From Bdellovibrionales bacterium (GTDB lineage Bacteria; Bdellovibrionota; Bdellovibrionia; Bdellovibrionales; UBA1609): DNA of 63,516 nt. Made by a program: the position numbers and the translations under genes. Position 1 is the first letter of the stretch; the number at the start of each line of letters is the position of its first letter. Positions 18,330 to 28,278 of this stretch are shown here, piece by piece. Below the pieces are notes generated by a model, which was given only the letters and a program-made list of their open reading frames with translations, ran no database searches and was not told the origin of the DNA. The stretch covers positions 1,782-65,297 of the forward strand of contig JBFWVI010000011.1 of the NCBI GenBank assembly GCA_050246815.1, written 5' to 3'.

Positions 18330-19411
18330 AGATAGCCCCGCTGTTTTTGGTCACGCTCGATGGCATCAAACAGCGCTTGAAAGTTGCCCTCACCAAAGCC
18401 GCTATGATTGGCGCGCTGAATGATCTCAAAGAAAATCGGGCCGATCATGTTTTTTGTGAAAATCTGCAGCAGATAACCCTCTTCGTCGCCATCACACAAA
18501 ATGCCCAGCTTTTTCACCGCGCTCATATCTTCGCGAACATTAGGCACACGATTGGGCACCTCTTGATAGTAAGTGTCAGGTGGCGCATCTAAAAATTGCA
18601 CGCCCTGCCCTTTTAGCTCTGTGACCGTTGCCAGAATATTGGCCGTGCTAAGCGCCACGTGCTGAATACCCGAACCATGATACTCATCCAAATACTCCTG
18701 AATTTGTGACTTGCGATCGGTGGGTTCATTGATCGGAATTGTGATTTTGCCGCAAGGCGAACGCATCACCTTTGATAACAGTCCGGTGGCCTTGCCCTTG
18801 ATGTTGAACTGGCGCACTTCCTCAAAGTCGAAAATCTGGCGGTAAAAATCACACCATTTCTCCAAATCGCCCTGGGGGACGTTGTTGGTCAAATGGTCGA
18901 TCAATTCCAAACCAAAGCCCGTCGGCGTTGCCACATTGGTGACATAGTCAAAGTCTTCGTCAAAGTGGGTGCCACCTTGATAGCGGTCAATAAAATACAC
19001 CGCTGATTCGCCGATGCCGTAAATCGCCGGGAAACTGTGACTGCCCTGATCGTTGACGATATCAATCGGTCGTGCCCCCCTGGAGATTGTCATCTCAAGG
19101 GCCTTTTTTGCATCTCGCACACGAAACCCCGTGGCGCAAATCGAAGGACCGTGGCTCTTGGCAAAGGCGGCCGCAAAGGTATCGGGCTCTTTGTTGATCA
19201 CGAAGTTGATTCGCCCTTGCCGGTACAACGTCACATTCTTGCGCTTGTGGTGGCCCACTTTTGTCATGCCCAGGCGAGCGAATAGCTGCTCCAAAATGGC
19301 CGCATCCGGCGCTGCAAATTCGATGAATTCCAGTCCATCCAAACCAAGGGGGTTGGCCTTGACGTTGGGCTGGACCTTACCGTGCTGATCGGTGATGTGG
19401 TTGGTCATCAT
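18326..19411 (-). CDS. hppD: 4-hydroxyphenylpyruvate dioxygenase
   Basis: IDHLTNNV, SQIQEYL, GIQHVAL, LLQIFT, FFEIIQR, GFGEGNFQALF; RBS AAGGAG before ATG 19411. Confidence 0.96.
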   Translation of the reverse strand: MMTNHITDQHGKVQPNVKANPLGLDGLEFIEFAAPDAAILEQLFARLGMTKVGHHKRKNVTLYRQGRINFVINKEPDTFAAAFAKSHGPSICATGFRVRDAKKALEMTISRGARPIDIVNDQGSHSFPAIYGIGESAVYFIDRYQGGTHFDEDFDYVTNVATPTGFGLELIDHLTNNVPQGDLEKWCDFYRQIFDFEEVRQFNIKGKATGLLSKVMRSPCGKITIPINEPTDRKSQIQEYLDEYHGSGIQHVALSTANILATVTELKGQGVQFLDAPPDTYYQEVPNRVPNVREDMSAVKKLGILCDGDEEGYLLQIFTKNMIGPIFFEIIQRANHSGFGEGNFQALFDAIERDQKQRGYL

Positions 19412-19487
19412 TGCGTTTCTCCTTCGCCCTACTTTCAAACCACGATTTAACCCTTAAGTAAAGCGGTTTTGCTGCGCCGAAACATTT

Positions 19488-19500
19488 TAAGTATTTGAAA
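19488..19500. promoter_or_regulatory. IHF-like site TAAGTATTTGAAA
   Basis: Resembles YAANNNNTTGATW; related motifs at 57784 and 57888. Confidence 0.35.
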
Positions 19501-19597
19501 TCAATGAGATTTTCTTTTTCAGGGCCGAAGTCCAACTTCACTTTGCCGGCTCCACCCCGACGCTTAAATCACCGATAAAGCTACAAAGAGGCAACAA

Positions 19598-21115
19598 GTG
19601 AAGAAAAAGGCACCACTAGCGGTTTTTGTGCGACGTTTACTCGATGGCATCAACGTTCCACTGTTGATCGTTGAACCCCTGACCTTACGAGTGGAATACG
19701 TCAACCCCGCATTTGAAGAGCTTAGCGCTTACGACGGTAAAATCGTGCATGGCAAGACTCTACAAAAATGGTTTTCGCCCGCGACACAAAACAAGGTTAC
19801 CGCGATCTGCGAAGTGATGTCCCTTGAGGGCCGACAAAAAGTCGAAGAGCATGAGTGTGAGCTGGTGCGACGAAGCGGTAGAAAGCTGGCTGTCAATATG
19901 GTCGCAAGCCCGCTACGCGTAGGGAAAAGAAATTTGCTGTTACTTTCTGTGCACGATCTCTCTTACATCAAAAAATTACAGCTGCAGCGTGAAATGGGTT
20001 TGCAAGAAATGTCGCAAGTTTCAAAGTTGGCCGACATCGGCATGTTGGCCGCTGGCGTGGCCCATGAATTGAATAATCCGCTGATGATTGTGCAAGGCTT
20101 CGCGGAAAATTTAGAGGCCCTGCTGAACGCTCCGGATCTTGAACGTGACGAACTTAAAAAACATGCACAACAGATTCAGACGGCCACCGAACGCATGGGC
20201 CGCATCATCCGCCAGATGAGTCGCATGGTGCGCTCAACCGAGGTGGACTTCACCCTGGTCGATTTGCGCGAAGTGGTGCAAAACGTGGTGCAATTTTTAA
20301 ATCATGAAATTAAGCACGGCCATATCGAAGTCAAAGTGGAGTTGCCAAAAACCGCTCCGGTGAAATGCGACCACAACAAAATTGAACAGGTCATTTTAAA
20401 CATTTTAAACAACGCCATTCATGCGCTGCAAAACCGTCCCGAACCACGCATGATCCACATCCGCTGCAAAGCCAGTAAGTGGGTCGACCTGGAGATCTGG
20501 AACAACGGACCCGAGATCCCGGCCGAAATCCAAGACAAAATCATGACCCCCTTTTTCACCACCAAAGAGGTCGGCAAAGGCACGGGGCTGGGGCTGCCCG
20601 TGTCTTTAGGTATCATGAAAGCGCACAATGGCAGCCTGCGTTTTTTGAGCAACAAGGAGCACGGCACCACCTTTACCCTGCGCCTGCCTGCCGTGGCGGC
20701 CAACAAGGCGCTCTTGCCCAATACAGGCAAAATGATTTTGCTTGTGAACAGCGACATGAATCAGCTGGAGGCTCAGGCTGATTTAGCCGCGCAGAACGGC
20801 TTTCAAACTTTGAAGGCCTCGAGCGGCATCGAAGCCTTTCAATGGTTACAAGGGCCCAATCAAGTGCGCGCCGTGTTTGTGGCACTCAACATGACACAAA
20901 TGGATGGCCTGACCCTGATCCGACATATTCGCCAAGTCTTCAATCCTGGGCCTGTCATTTATGTGCTCGAAGAGCAGGCACTCGACGCCCACGTGCTACG
21001 TGAGCTGCGTGAGTTGGGCATCAGCGGAATACTAAAAAACAGCGCGGATTTGCAACCCTTCGTCAAAACCCTGGGCCAGCTTCATAAGCTTCCGGGCGGT
21101 CAGGTGGCGGTTTAA
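19598..21115 (+). CDS. PAS hybrid histidine kinase with a degenerate receiver
   Basis: PAS; GVAHELNNPL H-box; NAIHA, FFTTKEVGKGTGLGL; C-terminal REC-like domain with VFVALNM. Confidence 0.9.
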   Translation: MKKKAPLAVFVRRLLDGINVPLLIVEPLTLRVEYVNPAFEELSAYDGKIVHGKTLQKWFSPATQNKVTAICEVMSLEGRQKVEEHECELVRRSGRKLAVNMVASPLRVGKRNLLLLSVHDLSYIKKLQLQREMGLQEMSQVSKLADIGMLAAGVAHELNNPLMIVQGFAENLEALLNAPDLERDELKKHAQQIQTATERMGRIIRQMSRMVRSTEVDFTLVDLREVVQNVVQFLNHEIKHGHIEVKVELPKTAPVKCDHNKIEQVILNILNNAIHALQNRPEPRMIHIRCKASKWVDLEIWNNGPEIPAEIQDKIMTPFFTTKEVGKGTGLGLPVSLGIMKAHNGSLRFLSNKEHGTTFTLRLPAVAANKALLPNTGKMILLVNSDMNQLEAQADLAAQNGFQTLKASSGIEAFQWLQGPNQVRAVFVALNMTQMDGLTLIRHIRQVFNPGPVIYVLEEQALDAHVLRELRELGISGILKNSADLQPFVKTLGQLHKLPGGQVAV

Positions 21116-21525
21116 GCGGCCTGGCTGCTGGCGGCCGGGGCCGCGACCAAGAACCCTTTCACCCGATCCAATAGCTCTAGGTGTTTGATGGGTTTTAAAA
21201 TCACGTCGCGCACGCCCATCTGAATTGCCTCGATAATTTTGCTCTTGTCTGGATGTCCCGTCAGAATCACAAAGGGCGATTTGCCACCCATACCCTGATA
21301 CTCGCGAAACACTTCAAGTCCGGACATCATCGGCATTTTCAGGTCGCAAATAATCAAATCAAATTGCTTCCCTGAACGAATCTTTTGCAACCCATGTTTA
21401 CCGGTGGCCGCAACCGTGACCTTGTATCCCTCCTGGTTGAGCTTGGTCTCGAGCATGTAACGAAGACTTTCCTCGTCTTCGATCACTAAAATGTGTGCGG
21501 ACTCGCTTTTAAGTTGATTTGCCAC
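21112..21525 (-). CDS. Single-domain response regulator
   Basis: ILVIEDE, LIICDLKMPMMSG, ILKP; GTG start after AAAGGAAG. Confidence 0.9.
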   Translation of the reverse strand: MANQLKSESAHILVIEDEESLRYMLETKLNQEGYKVTVAATGKHGLQKIRSGKQFDLIICDLKMPMMSGLEVFREYQGMGGKSPFVILTGHPDKSKIIEAIQMGVRDVILKPIKHLELLDRVKGFLVAAPAASSQAA

Positions 21526-21622
21526 CAGGCTTCCTTTCGAAGTTGTAAACCCCTTTAGGATATCAGGGGCCGACGGGCACCTGCGAGCCCAAAAGCCCAG
21601 TCGATTCAAGCCGAGATCAACA

Positions 21623-21637
21623 TTCTCAATTTGAGAT
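21623..21637. promoter_or_regulatory. Palindromic site TTCTCA-ATT-TGAGAT
   Basis: Perfect TCTCA/TGAGA inverted repeat in a divergent intergenic region. Confidence 0.45.
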
Positions 21638-21723
21638 GAGGATTTAAAGATCGCGTTCAGGCATTATCAAGCTTTCTTGACACTCTGGTGACAAGCCCCC
21701 TGAACGTGGAGTAGGATGCCCTC

Positions 21724-23106
21724 ATGAATCAAGTTTTTGTGAATCGAACTCTCAATTTAAAGCGTATCAACTACATCGGTTTGGACATGGATCACACCCT
21801 GATCCGCTACAATTCTGATGTTTTCGAGGCTCTGGCCCACCAGGTGATGCTGGAAAAGCTGGTGCGTGAGAAAAAGTACCCAGCCTCTATCGCCAATCTG
21901 AAATTTTCATTTGATCGCGCCATCCGCGGCCTGGTGATTGACAAGCAGCGAGGCAATGTTTTGAAGCTGTCCCGCTATGCCGCCATCCGGGTCAGCTATC
22001 ACGGCCTTCAGCCGATCGACTTCAACACGCAAAAAAGCTTGTATAGCTCGACCTATATTGATCTGAGTGACTCACAATACGACAAAGTGGACACCAGCTT
22101 TTCGATCGCCTTTGCGGGTTTATTTATGCAGCTGGTGGAGCTTAAAAAAACCACCGAACGCAACACCCTTCCCGACTTCAACACCATCGCCACGGATCTG
22201 AATGAAATGCTTGATCAGGGCCATCGCGATGGAAGCCTGAAGAATGTGGTGCGCTCGAAGTTGCAAGATTTTATCATCAAAGATCCCGCTAGTGTTCAGG
22301 GCCTTGAGCGCTATGTGAAACACGGCAAAAAAATCTTTATCGTCACCAACTCCGATTACAGCTACACCAAGCTGCTGTTGGACTACGCCATCAATCCCTT
22401 CTTGAAAGAACATGATAGCTGGTCAGACCTGTTTGAATTTGTCATCACCTCTGCGCAAAAGCCGCGCTTCTTTGTGGACAAACTCAAGTTCCTTAAAATC
22501 AATACCAAAGACGGCTCGATGACGAATCACGAGGGCCCTTTGACCAAAGGGGTTTACCAAGGCGGTTGTGCCACGGCTTTGACCAATGATTTAAAATTAA
22601 ATGCCGATGAAATTTTGTATATTGGCGACCACATCTACGGCGATATCGTGCGATTGAAAAAAGACTGCGCTTGGCGCACAGCTTTGGTCGTCGAGGAGCT
22701 GGGTGACGAGATCGAAAAAAATCGCAGGGCCGAACCCACCGTGGCCCAAATCAACGCGTTAATGGATCTAAAGCTGCCGATCGAGCGCAAAATCGACGAA
22801 CTGATTTCACGCAAAATCGAACAAGGCGACACCACGCTGGCCTCACAAATTGAAAAGCATCTGGATGAAATCAACGACCTGGACCGCAAAGTGGCGCCCC
22901 TGATCCAGTCGCAGCAAAAGCTATTCAACCCGTATTGGGGTGAAGTCATGCGCGTGGGCATCGAAGAAAGCTATTTCGCTTATCAGGTTGAGCGCTTCGC
23001 CTGCGTGTATATGTCGAAGTTGGGCGATTTGCTGGACATGTCGCCGCGCACTTACTTCCGCTCGCCTAAACGTCTGTTGCCGCATGAAATGAATTCTTCG
23101 TTTTAA
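21724..23106 (+). CDS. HAD-IG (cN-II type) 5'-nucleotidase
   Basis: GLDMDHTL, IVTNSDY, AQKPRFF, LYIGDHIYGDI, WRTALVVEEL. Confidence 0.92.
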   Translation: MNQVFVNRTLNLKRINYIGLDMDHTLIRYNSDVFEALAHQVMLEKLVREKKYPASIANLKFSFDRAIRGLVIDKQRGNVLKLSRYAAIRVSYHGLQPIDFNTQKSLYSSTYIDLSDSQYDKVDTSFSIAFAGLFMQLVELKKTTERNTLPDFNTIATDLNEMLDQGHRDGSLKNVVRSKLQDFIIKDPASVQGLERYVKHGKKIFIVTNSDYSYTKLLLDYAINPFLKEHDSWSDLFEFVITSAQKPRFFVDKLKFLKINTKDGSMTNHEGPLTKGVYQGGCATALTNDLKLNADEILYIGDHIYGDIVRLKKDCAWRTALVVEELGDEIEKNRRAEPTVAQINALMDLKLPIERKIDELISRKIEQGDTTLASQIEKHLDEINDLDRKVAPLIQSQQKLFNPYWGEVMRVGIEESYFAYQVERFACVYMSKLGDLLDMSPRTYFRSPKRLLPHEMNSSF

Positions 23107-23114
23107 GTCCAGGC

Positions 23115-23921
23115 TTAGCGAGCGGTTTCAGGCTCGGCCAAAATAGGCCCTAAGCCAGCAGGTTCCACCGGCTCGTGCACATAAAGAAAATAATCCTTCA
23201 AACCATGGCGATCCATGGCCGCCCAAATCTTATCTGCGGCCAAATGCTTGCGTAAAAAGCGGCGTGAGATTCGGGTTGCCGCACAAGCCACATAGTCATT
23301 GCGAGTGGCCGGCGCGATTTCATCTTCGCACTTAGGCTGAAGATTGGTGATTTCATTCTCATCCACGCCAAAACCAAGCATGCTGATCGCGGTCCAAGGA
23401 CGGTGCATGGTGGCCTCAAGTTCTTTGGTCAGCGAGTTTTCACCCCGATGTGCGGCGTGATTGAAGGTGGTGTGGATGATGATCAAATGGCGAAATTGCA
23501 GATGCTGCTTCAGCTCATTGGCTAATGCGATGTCAGGATTGGGCCAATTCAAAGCTTTACGTTCAAGCCCAGAAAATTCTTTGATCGGACGAAGTGTGGG
23601 GTCTTCGTAGAGCAGATCGATCTTCCAGTTGTCGGCACGGGCGGCACCGATAAAACCGTTCCAAATCAGTTCATAATTCTTCAGCCAAGGGGCACTTCCA
23701 AGCACCACCATTTTTTCTTGGCGCAAAGCCGGACGCAGGCGACGATAGACCACAGCGCCGATCTGCTCGGGCATTTCAAATAGTGTCGGATTGACCTGCG
23801 GAATGGGTTTGGGCTTTAAACCCCACTTGAGCGAAAAGTAAAGCGCAAACGAAACCACCACAGCCAAAGGCAGATACATCAAAAGCAAACTTGGGTGTTT
23901 TTTGGTTCGAAGCACGGGCAT
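23115..23921 (-). CDS. Membrane-anchored hypothetical protein
   Basis: 268-aa ORF with an N-terminal TM segment. Confidence 0.7.
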   Translation of the reverse strand: MPVLRTKKHPSLLLMYLPLAVVVSFALYFSLKWGLKPKPIPQVNPTLFEMPEQIGAVVYRRLRPALRQEKMVVLGSAPWLKNYELIWNGFIGAARADNWKIDLLYEDPTLRPIKEFSGLERKALNWPNPDIALANELKQHLQFRHLIIIHTTFNHAAHRGENSLTKELEATMHRPWTAISMLGFGVDENEITNLQPKCEDEIAPATRNDYVACAATRISRRFLRKHLAADKIWAAMDRHGLKDYFLYVHEPVEPAGLGPILAEPETAR

Positions 23922-23957
23922 GGTTGGACTCTACCCCCAATCCGGGGCGACGTCATC

Positions 23958-25424
23958 TTATAGCAGATCCCGTGAGGCGCGGTGCGAGAGAACCAAGTCC
24001 ACCGCCGCCCTCGGAATAAAGGTGTGGCTGGCCTTGTCCCACAAGTCCTCGCGCCAATGACTGAGCGAGCGTAACCGCTTTAAACTCAAAGGTATTGTGG
24101 AATCTCCACCTTCCCGCTGCGCTAAAGTGTGACGAAGTCGATCCACGTTCAACCAAATCATCGGCTGATCCGGGTTGTCGGCAATAAAAGATTTCAGGCG
24201 GCGGTGGGCCAAGTGAGTCCAGCCTTTTAAAACGCGAGCGTCGCAAGCCTGAATCAACAGCACCGTGCTTTGTGCCAGATCCCGCAGCTGCTCAAGATTT
24301 GGCCGACGACACACCACCACCACCGCATGCTGAGGACGCAAATCCAAGTCTGGCGGACGCAGCCGCCCCACCGCACTCACCCAATTCAAAACCCGATCCG
24401 GAGTTTGAAACAGCAGGGCCTCGGCAAATTCCAGCGATAAATCGGCAGGAATTGCGCTTTCAATCAGCACATAGGGACGTTCGGCTTGCTGCAGACCCAA
24501 TCGAAGAGACAAGCTTTGCAAGAAAAGTGCGGCCTCAGAAAGCGCGGCCTTTCCACTCCAACGCTCGAGCTCGGATTTGACCCACTCCACGCTGTCGACC
24601 TGTTCGGGTTTGGCCATGAGCAGCGGCTCCTCGCCGCGAGCCACCGGGCCGGTGAGCCAGGCCATCAATCGGCGACGCCCCCGCCAATCGGCGCGCTCGT
24701 AAATTTGCCACAATCCCCGACTCAACAGGGGACGAAAGTTTTCTCCTTGCTGGACGTGGCATTCTTCCAACTCTTCGGGGCGGCGCCAAATCGAAACGCA
24801 ATAATCTTGCGGTGATTGGGCAGTGGTGGCCCAATTGATTTGATCGTTGTCTAAAAGACTTTGATCCAAACCCACCAATTGATGTTGCCCATCGACAACG
24901 GAAACAAGAAATTCGCTTAAGATAAATTGCTCCAGGCTAATCAAACCTTGAGTGGTGTTTTGCACCCAGGTTGTGGCAATCAAAGTGCTCCACTGCCGCC
25001 GCGACCGCATCCACTCCCCACCCATTAAAAGATGAGTGCCCTCTTGGTAAAGGGCGAACGGCTCTTCTTTAAGCATCACAACCGCCAGTGGACGGGTGGG
25101 CTTGGGCCACAAATCCATCAATTGATCAAAGGCCGCCGCCCAGCGGCCCCACTGTTCAGAAATCGACAAATTCCCCCAAGAGCTGGCATTAAAAGCCAGG
25201 CTGGTCAAAGCCCTGCGGCAATGGGGAATTTCTTGTTGCTCTGAAAAGAGTACAAGCCTGTCTATAATTTGGGAGGAAAAGCAGCGGGCACTGAAACCCG
25301 ACAGCCGCTGCAAGAAAAAAGCGGTCAAGATCACAGCCGTAATAGCGAGGCTTTTAGCTGCAAATAGCCCAATTTTACTTTGAAATGACCCGCTCAAAAG
25401 AACCCCTTCGCACTTCCCCATCAC
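23958..25424 (-). CDS. Hypothetical protein with N-terminal anchor (start uncertain)
   Basis: Long ORF co-oriented with its neighbours; no recognisable motif. Confidence 0.6.
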   Translation of the reverse strand: MMGKCEGVLLSGSFQSKIGLFAAKSLAITAVILTAFFLQRLSGFSARCFSSQIIDRLVLFSEQQEIPHCRRALTSLAFNASSWGNLSISEQWGRWAAAFDQLMDLWPKPTRPLAVVMLKEEPFALYQEGTHLLMGGEWMRSRRQWSTLIATTWVQNTTQGLISLEQFILSEFLVSVVDGQHQLVGLDQSLLDNDQINWATTAQSPQDYCVSIWRRPEELEECHVQQGENFRPLLSRGLWQIYERADWRGRRRLMAWLTGPVARGEEPLLMAKPEQVDSVEWVKSELERWSGKAALSEAALFLQSLSLRLGLQQAERPYVLIESAIPADLSLEFAEALLFQTPDRVLNWVSAVGRLRPPDLDLRPQHAVVVVCRRPNLEQLRDLAQSTVLLIQACDARVLKGWTHLAHRRLKSFIADNPDQPMIWLNVDRLRHTLAQREGGDSTIPLSLKRLRSLSHWREDLWDKASHTFIPRAAVDLVLSHRASRDLL

Positions 25425-25513
25425 TCAACTGAGCAACCGCCATGCCACAGACAGCAGGCCTTGCCACAGTTGATGCAGAGACAGTGAGTTGAGAGCGGCG
25501 GCGCGACAGGGTT

Positions 25514-26422
25514 TCACTGGTCCAGACGAGACGGCCCGGCTTGAATCGCGCGACCGGGTAAACGCTTTTGCACAAGACGCTCTAAAGCTTCGCGCAGCGC
25601 GAACAGCAGGTCTAAGCGCACGCCAGTTTTGACACCCATTCCGTGTAGCATATAAAGCAGATCTTCGGTGGCCAGATTGCCACTGGCGCCCTTGGCGTAG
25701 GGGCAGCCGCCTAGTCCGCCAACACTTGAATCAAAGATCCGGGCGCCAAGGTCCATGCTGGTCAGCACATTGGCCAAAGCGGTCCCACGCGTGTCATGAA
25801 AATGAAGGGCTAAACATTTGGCGCCCAAAATTTTCAGCGCGGGCTTCGTGATCACTTGAACTTGCTTGGGCGTGGCCACCCCGATGGTGTCACCCACTGA
25901 AATTTCAAAAACACCCAAATCACTCATGCGCTCGATCAATTTTAAAACTTTTTTTGGTGGGACTTTGCCTTCGTAAGGGCAACCAAACGCGGTGCTTAAA
26001 TAACCGCGCACTTTAACTTTGGCGGCCTTGGCCAATTTCATCACTGCCTCAAAACGCCTGAAGCTTTCATCAATCGAGCAGTTGATATTTTTCTGTGAAA
26101 AGGATTCGCTGCAGGCACCGAAGATGGCCACTTCTTTTAGGCCTGCTTTCAAAGCGTCTTGCATGCCACGCTCATTGGGCACCAAGGCCATCAAGCGCAC
26201 ATCACGAAATCCGCGCTTGCTTTTCATCAAACGCTCCGCCAAAACGCCCGAGCCTGCCATCTGTGGCACCCACTTGGGCGAAACAAAGGCGCCGACTTCG
26301 ATGCGCCTCAAACCCGCGGCGGCCAACTCTCTCACCAACCATTCACGATCATGAACCGACAAAATGGCCGCTTCATTTTGCAAACCATCGCGCGGGCCAA
26401 CCTCTACGATTTGCACGGACAT
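25514..26422 (-). CDS. liuE: Hydroxymethylglutaryl-CoA lyase
   Basis: EVGPRDGLQNE, HFHDTRG, GGLGGCPYA, GNLATED. Confidence 0.93.
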   Translation of the reverse strand: MSVQIVEVGPRDGLQNEAAILSVHDREWLVRELAAAGLRRIEVGAFVSPKWVPQMAGSGVLAERLMKSKRGFRDVRLMALVPNERGMQDALKAGLKEVAIFGACSESFSQKNINCSIDESFRRFEAVMKLAKAAKVKVRGYLSTAFGCPYEGKVPPKKVLKLIERMSDLGVFEISVGDTIGVATPKQVQVITKPALKILGAKCLALHFHDTRGTALANVLTSMDLGARIFDSSVGGLGGCPYAKGASGNLATEDLLYMLHGMGVKTGVRLDLLFALREALERLVQKRLPGRAIQAGPSRLDQ

Positions 26423-26806
26423 TTAAGCCTCCGCCAATTCCAAGCGCACCAGCAATTGCCCCAAACGCACTTGATCACCGGGTTTACAGCTGACATCTTT
26501 CACCGCGCCGTCGCCATCGGCGTTGAGGGTGTACTCCATTTTCATCGCCTCCATCACCACCAAGGCCGCACCCGTTTTAACCTTGGTGCCAGATTGCACC
26601 AAAACCTTGGTCACTTTACCCGGCATGGGGGCTTGGATTTCGCCCTTGGCCAGCGCCGCACCGCTGCGGCCGCCTCGTGCCTTACGGGTTTCTTCTTCAT
26701 TCACACTGTAGGTGCGGCCATTCCAGTGATACCACAGCACACCGTTGATTTTTTCTGCAAAGACTGTGTGAGGTCTACCGTCGATTTCAATTTGCAAGCG
26801 CCTCAT
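26423..26806 (-). CDS. Biotin carboxyl carrier subunit of methylcrotonyl-CoA carboxylase
   Basis: APMPGKV, MEAMKME; ATG 26806 overlaps the upstream stop (ATGA). Confidence 0.9.
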   Translation of the reverse strand: MRRLQIEIDGRPHTVFAEKINGVLWYHWNGRTYSVNEEETRKARGGRSGAALAKGEIQAPMPGKVTKVLVQSGTKVKTGAALVVMEAMKMEYTLNADGDGAVKDVSCKPGDQVRLGQLLVRLELAEA

Positions 26807-28278
26807 CGACCGCCCCATTGGTGAGTCCAAGGACTTGTGATTGAGGAGGCTGTGGCCGCTTCGCCGATTTGGCGACGAACTTTTTCTAGAAGTTGAGTCT
26901 CAAGCCGCGTTGGCTCTTCAGGCTTTAGGGCCTGTGGAAAATGCTCTTCAAAAAAACGCGTCGTCATATCGCCCAACATAAACTCGGGATGACGCAAAAT
27001 TTCTTGCAACAAAGGGATATTGGTGTGCACGCCAAAGATCATGGTTTCACGCAGGGTGGCCTGCATTTTTTGAATGGCGCGGGCGCGAGTCTCATCCCAC
27101 ACCACCACCTTTGCGATCATCGAGTCATAAAATGATGTGACTTGGTCACCGGCCTCAACACCAACTTCAAAACGTCGTCCTGGCCCCGCGGGCCACAAGC
27201 AACTGCCCACCAAGCCCGTGCTGGGAATTCCACCTTGGTAAGGATTTTCGGCGTAAATCCGGCACTCAATCGCATGCCCCAAAGCTTCACGCGGGGTCCA
27301 CCCCACGGCCTTACCCATGGCAGTCAGAATCTGGCCTTTGACCAAGTCCACGCCAAAAGTCATCTCGGTCACGGGATGCTCCACCTGCAGACGTGTATTC
27401 ATCTCCATGAAATAAAACTTTCCATCCTGAAGCAAAAACTCAACGGTGCCGGCGTTGCAGTAACTGGCCTGTTCGCCAATCGCTTTGGCCGTGTCGTGCA
27501 TTTGCAGACGAAGTGCTGGTGACAGTTGCGCGCATGGAGCTTCTTCGATGATTTTTTGGTGGCGGCGCTGAATCGAACATTCGCGTTCGCCCAAAACATG
27601 GATCTTGCCACTGGCGTCGCCGAAAATTTGCACTTCGATATGTTTGGCATGACCCAAATATTTTTCTAAGAAAACCTTCGCGGAACCAAAGGCTGCCATG
27701 CCTTCGCGCTGAGCGGATTCAATTTGTTCACGCGCCTCGGGCGCGCTACGAATGACCTTCAATCCCCGGCCGCCGCCGCCCGCCGTGGCCTTGACGATCA
27801 CGGGGTAACCAATTTTTTTCGCTTCACCTAGCAGACATTCAATTTCTTGGTCGTCACCATCATACCCCGGAATCACCGGGCCACCGGCTTTTTGCACCAG
27901 ACGTTTGGCCGAAATTTTATCTCCAAATAATCGAATCGCATCCGGGCTGGGCCCAATGAAAATCAACCCGCGGTCTTCGCAGGCCTTCGCAAATTCCGCG
28001 TTTTCAGAAAGAAACCCAAAGCCGGGATGAATGGCGTCAGCACCGCGGCTGAGTGCATTTTCAACATTGGCCTGAATATTCAAGTAACTGTCATTTAAGT
28101 CGCTGGCACCAACGCAAACAGGCTCATCCGCCAAGCGGGCCGCAGGCGTATTGGCGTCGGCTTCTGAATGCAATAACACCGTTTCGATACCCAGCTCTTG
28201 GCAGGCGCGGATGATTCGCACCGCCACTTCACCGCGATTGGCGATGGCAACCTTTTCGATTTTGCGCAGGCGACTCAT
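26803..28278 (-). CDS. Biotin carboxylase subunit (MCC alpha)
   Basis: IANRGEVA, HPGFGFLSEN, GGGGRG, RECSIQRRHQK, EMNTRLQVEHPVTE; start ATG 28278. Confidence 0.93.
   Translation of the reverse strand: MSRLRKIEKVAIANRGEVAVRIIRACQELGIETVLLHSEADANTPAARLADEPVCVGASDLNDSYLNIQANVENALSRGADAIHPGFGFLSENAEFAKACEDRGLIFIGPSPDAIRLFGDKISAKRLVQKAGGPVIPGYDGDDQEIECLLGEAKKIGYPVIVKATAGGGGRGLKVIRSAPEAREQIESAQREGMAAFGSAKVFLEKYLGHAKHIEVQIFGDASGKIHVLGERECSIQRRHQKIIEEAPCAQLSPALRLQMHDTAKAIGEQASYCNAGTVEFLLQDGKFYFMEMNTRLQVEHPVTEMTFGVDLVKGQILTAMGKAVGWTPREALGHAIECRIYAENPYQGGIPSTGLVGSCLWPAGPGRRFEVGVEAGDQVTSFYDSMIAKVVVWDETRARAIQKMQATLRETMIFGVHTNIPLLQEILRHPEFMLGDMTTRFFEEHFPQALKPEEPTRLETQLLEKVRRQIGEAATASSITSPWTHQWGGR

Noticed and set aside
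21655..21676. sigma54-like box AGGCATTATCAAGC before the nucleotidase
   Set aside because: GG-to-GC spacing is 9 nt rather than the required 10
26423..28278. Split MCC alpha subunit as a possible frameshifted pseudogene
   Set aside because: The biotin carboxylase stop and the BCCP ATG overlap as ATGA with a purine-rich RBS, which is typical translational coupling; both parts are intact
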